A stretch of DNA of 64,000 bases from Leptolyngbya foveolarum (lineage in GTDB: Bacteria; Cyanobacteriota; Cyanobacteriia; Phormidesmidales; Phormidesmidaceae). The position numbers were made by a program, and so were the translations under genes. Each line of letters begins with the position of its first letter. The first letter of the stretch is position 1. A model generated the notes under the pieces. That model did no database searches. It was not told the DNA's origin and saw nothing but the letters and a program-made list of their open reading frames with translations. Positions 23,280 to 33,475 of the stretch are shown piece after piece. Location: the NCBI GenBank assembly GCA_003242035.1, contig QBMC01000005.1:577-64576 (forward strand), read 5' to 3'.

Positions 23280-23663
23280 ATGCGCTTACTACACACCATG
23301 CTCCGAGTGGGCGATTTGGAAAAATCCAAAGCCTTTTACTGCGAAATCCTTGGCATGAAGCTGCTGCGCCAAAAAGACTATCCCGGCGGCAAATTTACCA
23401 ACGCCTTTGTCGGCTATGGCGATGAGACCGACCACACCGTACTAGAGCTAACGTACAACTGGGACACCAGCAGCTACGACCTCGGCAGCGGCTACGGCCA
23501 CATCGCGTTAGGAGTTGATGACATCTACAGCACCTGCGAAGCCATCAAGCAGCAAGGCGGCAAAATTTCACGCGAACCCGGCCCGATGAAACACAGCACC
23601 ACCGTCATTGCCTTCGTCGAAGATCCAGACGGCTACAAAATTGAATTAATCGAAGGCCGCTGA
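23280..23663 (+). CDS. gloA: Lactoylglutathione lyase (glyoxalase I)
   Basis: [27 protein letters not shown] and [12 protein letters not shown]. Confidence 0.96.
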   Translation: MRLLHTMLRVGDLEKSKAFYCEILGMKLLRQKDYPGGKFTNAFVGYGDETDHTVLELTYNWDTSSYDLGSGYGHIALGVDDIYSTCEAIKQQGGKISREPGPMKHSTTVIAFVEDPDGYKIELIEGR

Positions 23664-23792
23664 CCTCCCGATAACCAGTCCGGCATACCGTAAAATGCAT
23701 CGGCCGTTCGATTGCTATACTCGAATACTGATCGTAATTGCACCCATTCCCCGCCATTACCGCTCACTACTGCCTCCAAACCACCGCCCTCT

Positions 23793-26639
23793 ATGCAGCC
23801 TACAGATCCTGACAAGTTTACCGCCAAAGCCTGGGATGCCATCGTGGAGGCCCAAGACGTAGCCCGTCGCTTTCGGCAGCAGTACCTGGAGGTAGAGCAC
23901 GTCACCTTAGCGATGCTAGAGCAGGGAGGACTCGCAGACACCATCTTGACCGAAGCGGGTTTGGCTCCAGAGCAAATTTTGCAAGAGCTAGAGACGTTTG
24001 CTAAGCGTCAGGCGAGAGTGCGCGTCGCCGTCGATAGCAATCTCTACTTGGGTCAGAGCCTGGATAGAATGCTAGACGCGGCTGAAGCTTCGCGGGTGAA
24101 TCTGCAAGACGAGCTAATTTCGATTGAGCACTTGCTGATTGGATTCGTTGAAGATGAACGCATTGGCAGGCGGCTACTGCGCGGTTTTGATATAGACGCA
24201 TCTAGCCTGTTGGCAGCGGTAAAGTCGCTGCGAAAAGAGGATGAAGAATCACCCGTTAGCCAGCTTGCAGGCAGTCTGGGCAGTGGAGAAGAAGACTATC
24301 CATCGCTCAATAAATACGGACGAGATCTCACCGAAGAAGCGCGAGGCGGTAAGCTCGATCCGGTGATTGGTCGAGATGAGGAAATTCGCCGGGTCATTCA
24401 TGTCCTGTCGCGGCGGACGAAAAATAATCCGGTGCTGATTGGCGAGCCGGGTGTGGGTAAAACTGCGATCGCCGAAGCCCTAGCCCAGCGCATCATCAAC
24501 GGCGACGTTCCCGAATCCCTCAAAAATCGTACCCTGATCTCCCTTGATGTCGGTAGCCTGATTGCGGGCGCTAAGTATCGCGGTGAATTTGAAGATCGTC
24601 TTAGATCAGTACTCAAAGAAGTCACCGAATCCAACGGTCAAGTTGTCCTATTTATTGACGAACTGCACACGGTAGTCGGTGCGGGCGCAGGCCAAAACAA
24701 CGTGGATGCGGGCAATTTGCTCAAGCCCGTACTAGCCAGAGGCGGACTGCGCTGCATTGGAGCAAGCACCATTGACGAATATCGTAAGCACATCGAAAAA
24801 GATACCGCGTTAGAAAGACGATTTCAGCAGGTATACGTCGGCCAACCTAGCGTAGAAGATGCGGTTTCGATTTTACGCGGACTTAAAGAGCGCTACGAGG
24901 TGCATCATGGCGTTTCGATTTTAGACTCAGCGTTGGTGGCGGCGGCTACTTTGTCGGATCGGTATATTAGCGGTCGCTTCCTCCCCGACAAAGCCATCGA
25001 CCTGATCGACGAAGCCGCTGCCAAGCTCAAAATGGAAATTGACTCTAAGCCCGAAGAGCTAGAGATCATCGACCGGCGACTAATGCAGCTAGAGATGGAA
25101 AAGCTCTCTTTAGAAAGCGAGAAAGCCGCCGGTTCTTTTAGTCGCACCGCCCGACAGCGACTGAAAGGCATCAAAGAAGAGATTGCGACGCTCTCTAAAG
25201 AACAAAAAGTATTAGACGAACAGTGGCACACCGAGAAAGAAACACTGACTGCAATTAATGATCTGAAAGAAGAAGAGGAAAGAACGCGCCTTCGAATGAA
25301 TCAGGCTCAGAGAGCTGACGACTTAGAGCGAGCGGCGCATCTGAATGATCGGCTAAAAGTGATTCAAACAGAAATGGAGGACATAGAAGCCAAGCTACAA
25401 GCCATGCAAACAGAAGGCGAGACTATGCTCCGAGAGCAGGTCACCGAAGCTGACATCGCCGAAATTGTCGCCCGCTGGACAGGCATTCCCGTCAACCGGC
25501 TAATGGAATCCGAGCGCCAAAAGCTCCTCCAGCTAGAGAGCCATTTGCACGAGCGCGTCATTGGCCAGTCCGAAGCTGTAGAAGCCGTCTCAGCCGCAAT
25601 TCGACGCGCCCGAGCAGGCATGAAAGACCCCGGACGGCCAATTGGTTCCTTCTTATTTATGGGGCCAACTGGCGTCGGTAAAACTGAACTCGCCAGAGCG
25701 CTTGCCGCCTTTTTGTTCGATACAGAAGAAGCGCTCATCCGGCTCGACATGTCCGAATACATGGAGAAAAACTCAGTCTCTCGGCTGGTGGGTGCGCCGC
25801 CTGGATATGTGGGCTACGAAGAAGGCGGACAGCTCTCCGAAGCCGTCCGCCGTCGTCCCTATTCTGTTGTTCTATTAGACGAAGTAGAAAAGGCCCACCC
25901 AGACGTATTCAACATCCTTTTGCAAGTGCTAGACGATGGCCGTATTACCGATTCTCAGGGTCGTACGGTAGACTTTCGCAACACTGTCATCGTGATGACG
26001 AGCAACATCGGTAGCGAGCATATTCTGGATGTTTCAGGAGATGACTCTAAGTTTGAGGAGATGCAGACGTTGGTGTTGGGGGCATTGCGATCGCACTTCC
26101 GCCCCGAATTTCTCAACCGCATCGACGATCTCATTCTCTTCCACGCCCTTAGCAAAAAAGAGCTGCGCAACATCGTCACCATCCAGCTCAAGCGCATCTA
26201 CCGCCTGCTCTCCGATCAAAAAATCACCCTAGAGATGACCGAAGCCGCCGTAGATCATGTTGCCGACGCAGGCTACGATCCTTCCTACGGAGCGCGCCCG
26301 CTCAAAAGGGCCATTCAGCGCGAGATCGAGAATCCCATTGCCACGCTAATTTTAGAAAACACATTTACAGAAGGCAGCACCGTCAGCATAGGCGTTAACA
26401 AATCAGGCGAACTCACCTTTGATGTAGAAGATCCAGAGCCAGAAGTTGCAGAATCAGAAGTCGCAGAGTCAGAGCCTGTAAAATCGGCAACCGAAGAACC
26501 GGAAACCGACTCAGAAACTGAAAACTCAGAAGCCACAGACTCAGAAGCTACAGACTCAGGCAGCGTCACAGAAGAAGCTGCTACAGCAGAGGACAAACCC
26601 ACTAAAAAGAAAACAGCAGTAGTCGCCTCCGAAAGCTAG
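23793..26639 (+). CDS. clpB: ATP-dependent chaperone ClpB (cyanobacterial paralog with acidic tail)
   Basis: Two AAA+ modules ([16 protein letters not shown]), coiled-coil M domain, and [10 protein letters not shown] start at 23793. Confidence 0.95.
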   Translation: MQPTDPDKFTAKAWDAIVEAQDVARRFRQQYLEVEHVTLAMLEQGGLADTILTEAGLAPEQILQELETFAKRQARVRVAVDSNLYLGQSLDRMLDAAEASRVNLQDELISIEHLLIGFVEDERIGRRLLRGFDIDASSLLAAVKSLRKEDEESPVSQLAGSLGSGEEDYPSLNKYGRDLTEEARGGKLDPVIGRDEEIRRVIHVLSRRTKNNPVLIGEPGVGKTAIAEALAQRIINGDVPESLKNRTLISLDVGSLIAGAKYRGEFEDRLRSVLKEVTESNGQVVLFIDELHTVVGAGAGQNNVDAGNLLKPVLARGGLRCIGASTIDEYRKHIEKDTALERRFQQVYVGQPSVEDAVSILRGLKERYEVHHGVSILDSALVAAATLSDRYISGRFLPDKAIDLIDEAAAKLKMEIDSKPEELEIIDRRLMQLEMEKLSLESEKAAGSFSRTARQRLKGIKEEIATLSKEQKVLDEQWHTEKETLTAINDLKEEEERTRLRMNQAQRADDLERAAHLNDRLKVIQTEMEDIEAKLQAMQTEGETMLREQVTEADIAEIVARWTGIPVNRLMESERQKLLQLESHLHERVIGQSEAVEAVSAAIRRARAGMKDPGRPIGSFLFMGPTGVGKTELARALAAFLFDTEEALIRLDMSEYMEKNSVSRLVGAPPGYVGYEEGGQLSEAVRRRPYSVVLLDEVEKAHPDVFNILLQVLDDGRITDSQGRTVDFRNTVIVMTSNIGSEHILDVSGDDSKFEEMQTLVLGALRSHFRPEFLNRIDDLILFHALSKKELRNIVTIQLKRIYRLLSDQKITLEMTEAAVDHVADAGYDPSYGARPLKRAIQREIENPIATLILENTFTEGSTVSIGVNKSGELTFDVEDPEPEVAESEVAESEPVKSATEEPETDSETENSEATDSEATDSGSVTEEAATAEDKPTKKKTAVVASES

Positions 26640-26651
26640 CAGCTACCAGCA

Positions 26652-26688
26652 AAAAGGCCCCAATGAGAACCCACTCATCAGGGCTTTT
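26652..26688. terminator. Hairpin between convergent clpB and BI-1 genes
   Basis: AAAAGGCCC...GGGCTTTT outer stem with inner ATGAG/CTCAT stem. Confidence 0.55.
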
Positions 26689-26712
26689 CACTATTCCATT
26701 ACTCAACCTGCT

Positions 26713-27393
26713 CTACCGGCGCGACATAAAGATGCGCAACACATACCAGAACAGCAGCATCACAGAAGAAAACAGCGCCAGCGAAGCCGCCACGTAGTAA
26801 TCAGTTGGATAACGCTTCATCACCTGCGAGGTTTGGTACAAAATCGCCGCACCCGCAAAAGCAACCATCGCAAATGAGAACCAAATTCCCAGCGTTAGCC
26901 CCTTAAACAAAAAGCTACAGACAATCAGGCCCAGCGCAATCATGCCAAAAACCTTCAGCGCTCCGCCCAAAAAGGAAAAATCCTGCCCGGTCGTAAACAC
27001 TACTGCCGTCAAGCCCCCAAACAAAAACAATGTCACCACTGCCGCCGAGCTGATCGCCCCAGGCGCAATTGCGTCTGCAATCCACAAAAGCGGCGCAAAC
27101 ATGACCGCTTCGCCTAAAACATAAATGCCTAAGCCCATATACTGAGCGTTAATGTCGCCCGCCTTAGACGCAAAGCTACTAGAGAGATAGCCCAGCAACA
27201 TAAAGCCACCCAGCATCGCCAGCCAGCCAAACTGGCTGCCCGCCACAAACCGACCCAAAAACTCAGCAATGCCTAAGGCAAAGAAAACAAACTCCACCCC
27301 GATAAAAGCAGCCACTGCCCCTGCCAAATGCAGATAGGTCTTCTTAATAAATTCCGCCCGTTCACTCGGACGCGCCTGAGCTACAACAATCAT
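26713..27393 (-). CDS. Bax inhibitor-1/YccA family membrane protein
   Basis: RAEFIKKTYLHL, about seven TM segments, and LFSSVMLLFWYVLRI. Confidence 0.88.
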   Translation of the reverse strand: MIVVAQARPSERAEFIKKTYLHLAGAVAAFIGVEFVFFALGIAEFLGRFVAGSQFGWLAMLGGFMLLGYLSSSFASKAGDINAQYMGLGIYVLGEAVMFAPLLWIADAIAPGAISSAAVVTLFLFGGLTAVVFTTGQDFSFLGGALKVFGMIALGLIVCSFLFKGLTLGIWFSFAMVAFAGAAILYQTSQVMKRYPTDYYVAASLALFSSVMLLFWYVLRIFMSRR

Positions 27394-27544
27394 AAAAACC
27401 TTTCCTCGGCGCTACGCCTACCGTCAAAAAAACTAAAAACAGAGCTAAAAGCGCTGTGTCTGTGCACCTTTTGCCTCAACTGACGAGACAGATCCTAATT
27501 CTATGGCAAAAGAATAGGCTTCAGCCACGGGTACAATCCTCAGC

Positions 27545-28195
27545 TCACGCCACGCCCACGCGAGGACACATCTCGACTAACGGGCAGACGCCACACTTGG
27601 GCCGCGCCTGACAAATCTGTTTACCAAACGGCATCAGCAGCTTATTAGTCTCCACCCAATAGTCGCTAGGCAGCTTTTCCTCCAGCGCCTTAGTCGTCTT
27701 CTCCGGCGTTTTTGTCTCTACGTAGCCCCAGCGATTCATCACCCAATGCACATGAATATCTACGCTGATATAAGGTTGATCGCAAGCAATGCCCAACGTC
27801 AGATGGGCGCATTTTGGCCCTACGCCCTTAAAAGCCAGGAGGGTTTCAGCGTCACAGGGCAGCTCGCCATTGTGCTTTTCTACGATTTTCTGCGCGATCG
27901 CCAAAATCTGTTCTGCCTTCCGCTCCGCAAACGTACTCTGCCTAATCAGTCCCTCAATCTCTGCTAGAGAAAGCTTGCTCATCGCCTGTGGCGTATTAGC
28001 CCGGTCAAACAGCTTTTTAGCAACTGGCAAACTCACCTCGTCGTAAGTTCGAATCGAGATCATGCAAGAAATCAACTGCTCGAAAGGCGAGCGATAGCCC
28101 TCTTCCGCCAACTGAAACATCGCCGCACGGGGGTAGGCTTTCATCACCTCTTGTAGCTTCAAAAAGGCGACATCAATATCGAAAGTAGAAGACAT
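27545..28195 (-). CDS. nth: Endonuclease III-like HhH-GPD DNA glycosylase with 4Fe-4S motif
   Basis: SPFEQLISCMIS, HhH motif KGVGPKCA, VDIHVH and a four-Cys C-terminal cluster. Confidence 0.85.
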   Translation of the reverse strand: MSSTFDIDVAFLKLQEVMKAYPRAAMFQLAEEGYRSPFEQLISCMISIRTYDEVSLPVAKKLFDRANTPQAMSKLSLAEIEGLIRQSTFAERKAEQILAIAQKIVEKHNGELPCDAETLLAFKGVGPKCAHLTLGIACDQPYISVDIHVHWVMNRWGYVETKTPEKTTKALEEKLPSDYWVETNKLLMPFGKQICQARPKCGVCPLVEMCPRVGVA

Positions 28196-28351
28196 AACTT
28201 TGTAGGTTTGAGGCCAAACTCGATCCCAGCACCGGCAATCTACCTCCTGCTGGCGGCGCTGATCATCCATCTACAGCTAGTTCTTTAGGCTACTCCCTAC
28301 GTCAAGTCACCCATCGCCCCTACCAAGTCAATCATTTCGCCTAATACTTTC

Positions 28352-29173
28352 CTATTTGGGCTTCTCCTGATACTCGCTAGCGTAATTCATCACGCAGACA
28401 ATGCGGAAGCCAGGATGCTCCTGACAGGCTGTGCCCATTGCGCTATATCCAGGCTCCAGTAAAGCCTGACGATGCCCTCGGCTGGGCACATTATCATCTA
28501 CCAGCAAATTAATCAAATGCCATTCAGCAATCGTTGCCTGCCCATAGCTAATGTTCTCACTCGCGCTATTGCGCCACTGCCCATAGCGATTAATTCGCGC
28601 AAACGGATCGCTGCCATCCGAACCAAAGTGGCCGGTAATGCCTTTACTCCCTAAGTCAGCCGCATGATCGTTGGCCCCAAAGCTCATCCCCGGAGAAAAG
28701 GCCAAAGCGCCTAGTGGTGGCGATCCTCTGAGGACGGCGATCGCCTCATCCAAAGCACCCACCCCTTCAACCACCTGCACCGCCGGACGCCCCGGCACCT
28801 TAACCAAATTTCCTTCGTAATAGTCGCGAATCGCTTCTAGCCTCTGCGCATAAGCCGCCGGATTTGCCCGCATCTTATTAGTCTCCGCAATCAGCTCTTC
28901 AGACAATGCAGACAGATCAGATCCAGACAAATCGCCAAACCACGTCGGGTCGTCCATCGAGCCAGCTTGAACCGGACGGCCCGCTACGATTTCTTCTGGG
29001 GTTGCAACCGAAGCAGTACTTCTAGCAAACATTGTCCGAGACGCTTTATTAGGACTTTGCTGGCTCGCGGCTAGCACTTTTGTAGGGGAAAAGAGTCCGC
29101 TAGCAAGGGTTAAGCCCAACGCAATTTTCAGCAGGGTAAAACGGCTTTTAGCTACGCGGCGCTGACTAGTCAT
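28352..29173 (-). CDS. CAP/SCP domain secreted protein
   Basis: ETNKMRANP, GHFGSDGS, ENISYG, DDNVPSRGHR; N-terminal signal peptide. Confidence 0.88.
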   Translation of the reverse strand: MTSQRRVAKSRFTLLKIALGLTLASGLFSPTKVLAASQQSPNKASRTMFARSTASVATPEEIVAGRPVQAGSMDDPTWFGDLSGSDLSALSEELIAETNKMRANPAAYAQRLEAIRDYYEGNLVKVPGRPAVQVVEGVGALDEAIAVLRGSPPLGALAFSPGMSFGANDHAADLGSKGITGHFGSDGSDPFARINRYGQWRNSASENISYGQATIAEWHLINLLVDDNVPSRGHRQALLEPGYSAMGTACQEHPGFRIVCVMNYASEYQEKPK

Positions 29174-29613
29174 AATGTATTAATTCGTGAGTAAAACAGT
29201 TGAGGAGTCAGTAATAAAACTCATCTCCTGTAACTGTTCTCTTCACTTACGCAGCCAACCACCTCAGAATATCTACTAAAAAGCAAAAACCACGTTCTCC
29301 AGTTTTTTCCGGTTCTCAAGGAACAAAACAGAAAACCCTTACTGTGCCGCCTTTTTAGCGTATAGAGCCAGCAAAAACTACTCAGTAATTCTCACTAGAT
29401 AGATCTGTGCAAAAATCACTAATATTTTGAGCTACAGAGGCTAAAGATAATTTCTGTACCCACCTTTACCAAGTTCAACAGACCAACACTCGGTAGTCAG
29501 CCAATGATGCCAAACTCGGCTAAACTGACCATGGCTAGCACAATGAAAGCAATAGATAGCCAGCGAAAGCAGGTGCCTCCGGCCAATATAAAATAGTCAG
29601 AACATTTCATGAG

Positions 29614-31449
29614 TTGCGGCTCAGGGATGTCTGTAAGATAGATAGCATAGCAACCCCCATAAAGCCTATGGTTTGGTCAGGACGAGGAACAGTTATCGGG
29701 CTAATTCTATTATCAGCTCTCTCAGTAGCCCCCACCAGTCCCGCCAAAGATGCAGAAAATCGTAGACCCATTTTCTATACAGAGCAAGAAGGTCGTATTG
29801 CCTACAGCGCAGACGGCAACGGCCCTAACATCGACGATATTGGCGCAACGCCATTAGGGTTAGCTATTCTGAGTCAAGCCGGTTTGCAAAACAAGGTTGT
29901 TCACTACGACTACAACTCTCATGTATGGGCTAGCAATTCAAAAATGGCACAAATGACTGAAAGTACCCTCGAAAGTGCTACTCGTTTTGGCTTTGACCCA
30001 GACGTTTTTATTGACGCTTTCGAGAATTCAGATAGAGCCTATAACAGTCTTGCCAGTGCCATTAATGCTTCTACTGATAAAGACCCGCTTTTTTTAGTGG
30101 TTGCAGGGCCAATGGAAGTAGCCTGTAAAGGCATTCTAAGATCGGAGAAAGAAAAACGAAAATACGTTGTTGTGATCTCTCACTCTCACTGGAACAACAA
30201 ACATCGCTATACAGCCAGTGACTGCACTGCCTCAGAAGACCAGGACGAGATTGCAACCCCCGTCTACAGAATCAAAGACTCCACTCGCGACATTCGTCAA
30301 ACGGGCGTTTGGTTCGACCAAATAGAAGACCAGGGAAAGGGACTCGGAGCGGCTAGCTTTAGTGAATATGACTGGCTTAAAAACAGCAGCGACGCCAATC
30401 TAAATTGGATTTACGGCCGCATGAAGCTTGTCTTTGCCAAAAAGCCTAATCCTTCTGATGCCGGTATGCTTTTCTATCTCATTACTGGAAACGAAAGAGC
30501 CACACCCGCTATCTTAAACAACTTTTTTATAACTCAAGCAGCGCCATTACTTCCCGAGGCAAAGGTAGTCTCGCCGCCGTCTTCCACGTCACCCGAAAAA
30601 CCTTTACCCAAACAACCGATATCAGAAAAAGCAAACGTAAATCTAATAGACAACAACTTACAACCGGTTGCAACAGCCGCCGTTTGGCTAGACGGCCAGC
30701 TTATATATAGCAAAGGCGATATCACCAAACCTGTACCCGCCTACTCTATTAGCAAATCACTCTCTGCTTTAGTTTTCGGCCATCTAAGGCAGCTCAATAA
30801 AGTTGACTACAAAACAGTTGTTCCCAACTCAGGCGAGGCGACCTACGCTCAGTTTTTGAGTATGTCTAGCAACTACAAGCTAAAAGGCGCACCCGGAGAG
30901 TCTCACGCATACAACAACGCAGCCGTCGAGTACTACAGCAAACAAATGCGGAAAATATTCTTCGCAGATCTTTCCGAAGTAGACATACTGAAAGCGTCCT
31001 TTATGGATGTTATTGGCGCGCAAGATCCCATCACTTATGAAGGCTCCTGGAGCGGCTGGGGCAAAGGCTTTTCTATGAGCGCTCGCGACTACGGAAAAGT
31101 AGGGCAGCTATTGCTAACCAACGGCGCATACGACGAGCAACAAATTATCTCCACTGACTTTATAGAAAAGCTCTATCAACCACAGGTGTCTGGTTCTGCC
31201 AACTTCGACCAAGAGAAAAATGGCAAAGTCAATCAGCGTAATCTCACTACTCAGCTAGCCAATAACTACTCTTATGGCTGGTGGATTGTTCCTACCGCAG
31301 AAGGGCCTGCGATCGCCGCCAACGGCTACAAAGGCAAAAACCTAATCATTCTACCCGCCAAAAATCTCGTCATCGTCGGCCTACAAGACAGCAATACTCC
31401 CTGGCAATTTAGGCAGTACATAGACGCCATCCTGCCAGCCATAAAGTAA
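29614..31449 (+). CDS. Two-domain protein: nucleoside-hydrolase-like N-domain plus serine hydrolase (beta-lactamase/NylB-like) C-domain
   Basis: N-half: DGNGPNIDDIGA, VAGPME. Pro-rich linker. C-half: SISK (SxxK), YNN (YxN), YSYGWW and ANGYKG. ATG 29668 is an alternative start. Confidence 0.75.
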   Translation: MRLRDVCKIDSIATPIKPMVWSGRGTVIGLILLSALSVAPTSPAKDAENRRPIFYTEQEGRIAYSADGNGPNIDDIGATPLGLAILSQAGLQNKVVHYDYNSHVWASNSKMAQMTESTLESATRFGFDPDVFIDAFENSDRAYNSLASAINASTDKDPLFLVVAGPMEVACKGILRSEKEKRKYVVVISHSHWNNKHRYTASDCTASEDQDEIATPVYRIKDSTRDIRQTGVWFDQIEDQGKGLGAASFSEYDWLKNSSDANLNWIYGRMKLVFAKKPNPSDAGMLFYLITGNERATPAILNNFFITQAAPLLPEAKVVSPPSSTSPEKPLPKQPISEKANVNLIDNNLQPVATAAVWLDGQLIYSKGDITKPVPAYSISKSLSALVFGHLRQLNKVDYKTVVPNSGEATYAQFLSMSSNYKLKGAPGESHAYNNAAVEYYSKQMRKIFFADLSEVDILKASFMDVIGAQDPITYEGSWSGWGKGFSMSARDYGKVGQLLLTNGAYDEQQIISTDFIEKLYQPQVSGSANFDQEKNGKVNQRNLTTQLANNYSYGWWIVPTAEGPAIAANGYKGKNLIILPAKNLVIVGLQDSNTPWQFRQYIDAILPAIK

Positions 31450-31465
31450 GCAAACAAGAACCGAC

Positions 31466-31723
31466 CTAATAATTCTTCTGATTACTAGACTTAAACCGCC
31501 CCACCTCAAACGATCGCTTCTTAGCGTGCTTAGTCTTCCGATCGCTCACGCGCTTGCGCCACATCTCAAAGCTAGAGCGCTTCATCTGCTTGCGCATAAG
31601 TTCAATCACATCCTTCTCTTTTAGCCCAAACTGTCGCTCAATCACCTCAAAGGTTGTTCTATCCTCCCACGCCATTTCAATTACGCGGTCAATCGTTGCA
31701 GAATCCAACTCATCCAGGTTCAT
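31466..31723 (-). CDS. TIGR03643/DUF2805 family protein
   Basis: IDRVIEMAWEDRTTFE...MWRKRV..RKTKH. Confidence 0.88.
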   Translation of the reverse strand: MNLDELDSATIDRVIEMAWEDRTTFEVIERQFGLKEKDVIELMRKQMKRSSFEMWRKRVSDRKTKHAKKRSFEVGRFKSSNQKNY

Positions 31724-31770
31724 GTGCGCTCACAGCCTTTTTTATTAACTATTCAAGACATCGAAAACAT

Positions 31771-32220
31771 CTAAGACAAGTTTCCAGGACGAGCCGCTAA
31801 GTACTCATCCCCCTTTAGTTGGATTACCATTAGCTTCGCTGGCTCATCGCCTACACAGCCGGACATATGCCCCTTATTTCCATTTTCATCAGGCTGAGTC
31901 TTTTGATCGCCACCAAAAGACAGATCACCTGGCCCCATCTCTACTCGCACACCGTCCATTGTCTCCACGTACCAGGTGCCCGACAGCGGCACAATCCACT
32001 GCGGCCTGGGGTTCTCGTGCCATTCGCCGACCCAACCCACCGGCAGCGTCGAAAATAGGACTTCAGCATCACCGCTCATTAAGCGATTATTCCACTGCGG
32101 AGCGGCATCACCGCCCATACTCTCTTTCTGATAATTCGTCAGCTCGCACTGCGTCTGATGGCTGACGCCCTGATCATCCGTCCATACGTGCCAGTAGCTC
32201 AGCGTCGGTTTATCGCTCAT
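31771..32220 (-). CDS. Cupin domain protein
   Basis: GEWHENPRPQW...GTWYVETMDG...GHMS. Confidence 0.82.
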   Translation of the reverse strand: MSDKPTLSYWHVWTDDQGVSHQTQCELTNYQKESMGGDAAPQWNNRLMSGDAEVLFSTLPVGWVGEWHENPRPQWIVPLSGTWYVETMDGVRVEMGPGDLSFGGDQKTQPDENGNKGHMSGCVGDEPAKLMVIQLKGDEYLAARPGNLS

Positions 32221-32259
32221 ATCACTCTAAATTTACGGTTCTCTCGTTTATATCGGCTC

Positions 32260-32682
32260 TTACTTAGCGCCAAAAAGTCCCTTTATATTATTAAACAGTC
32301 CTTGCAGGCCGCGCTCATTTCGAGGTCGAGGCTTCACGGCTGTCTGAATATCATCATCTTTGAGTTCCTTCAGACGATAGCCATACTCCAGATTTCCTTG
32401 ACTCTTTTTTAGCACCGGAAAAGCTCGGAACGCCCCCTGAAGCAGGTCTGCCTCGCTGTGATAAATTGCTCGACTAATTTGATTAGAGCGCCGAACCGCG
32501 ATCGCCCCCACCGGAAACCACTGCTTTGCTCCCACACCCCGCATATACACCTCATACTCAGGCACGCCGTCGGTCTTCATTTTGTCGTACTGCTTAGAAG
32601 CTTTATCCCGCTGCTTCGTCCGCTTCGACGCCTTCTGTTCCGCTGGCTTGTCCCCAAATCCTTTAAAGTCGCTGTCGGCCAT
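32260..32682 (-). CDS. HHL1-like cyanobacterial protein
   Basis: KGFG N-terminus, QWFPVGAIAV and FPVLKK...LEYGYRLKE. Confidence 0.7.
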   Translation of the reverse strand: MADSDFKGFGDKPAEQKASKRTKQRDKASKQYDKMKTDGVPEYEVYMRGVGAKQWFPVGAIAVRRSNQISRAIYHSEADLLQGAFRAFPVLKKSQGNLEYGYRLKELKDDDIQTAVKPRPRNERGLQGLFNNIKGLFGAK

Positions 32683-32812
32683 AATGCTTGCTTACCTGGT
32701 TACTCAAAATTAGTTAGCGCCAATCAATCGCTCCAAAGCCAACTGCTCGAAAGTCGGCCTCTGAAAAGTCGTTAATAAAAGTTTACAGCTTTTTCAGACC
32801 GGAGGGAAATCG

Positions 32813-33454
32813 TCACTGCCGAATATATTTCGCCCGGTAAACCGGTAAACCTTTCTCCACTGCTGTTACTCGCTCGCGATCTGTCAGTACCGGAAAAGGA
32901 CTTTCCGCTAGCCAGCCGTTTCCTGCTCTCATAAAGTCCGAATTTTCGTCAAAGCGATCGCACATCTCCTCACACACCTCCTCAATATCCGACTGTAGCC
33001 AAACCCAGGCTCCAACCGGCATCAATTTAGCGAGCTGCTCCACCAGCTCCGGCTGCACCACGCGCCGTTTCTGATGCCGCTTCTTAAACCAGGGATCGGG
33101 AAACTGAATGCTCACCCGCTGCAACGGGCATCCCCCCGGCCAGCTAGAAAGCAGTGTCTCTAAGGAATTATTAGCATTGCAAAAAACAAAGTGTAGGTTG
33201 TGCTGCTCGTCGCGATCGCGCTTCATCAAAGCCCGTTCTACCAAAGGCTCGCGAATTTCTATGCCCAAAAAATTCCAGTCCGGCACTAACTGCGCCATTT
33301 CCCGCACAAAATCGCCCTTCGCACAGCCAATATCTAAATGCAAAGGCCGCTGCACATCAGCAAATACATCGCTCCAATTAGGCGCGATCGCCGACTCAGC
33401 ATATTTACTACTTAGCGGATTAACATGCTGCCGCACCCGACGAATCTTAGCCAT
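32813..33454 (-). CDS. trmB: tRNA (guanine-N7)-methyltransferase
   Basis: RVRQHVNPL, LDIGCAKG, GIEIR and FPDPWFKKRHQKRR. Confidence 0.96.
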   Translation of the reverse strand: MAKIRRVRQHVNPLSSKYAESAIAPNWSDVFADVQRPLHLDIGCAKGDFVREMAQLVPDWNFLGIEIREPLVERALMKRDRDEQHNLHFVFCNANNSLETLLSSWPGGCPLQRVSIQFPDPWFKKRHQKRRVVQPELVEQLAKLMPVGAWVWLQSDIEEVCEEMCDRFDENSDFMRAGNGWLAESPFPVLTDRERVTAVEKGLPVYRAKYIRQ

Positions 33455-33475
33455 AAACGCTTAAAAATCTAAAAA

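Noticed and set aside
28352-29173. Tat signal in the CAP protein (SQRRVAK)
   Set aside because: The twin Arg lacks the following x-F-L-K consensus, so a Sec signal is equally plausible.
29614-31449. Bona fide beta-lactam resistance gene
   Set aside because: SxxK/YxN motifs are shared by many esterases and amidases. The ANGYKG motif fits NylB-like hydrolases better, and there is no resistance context.
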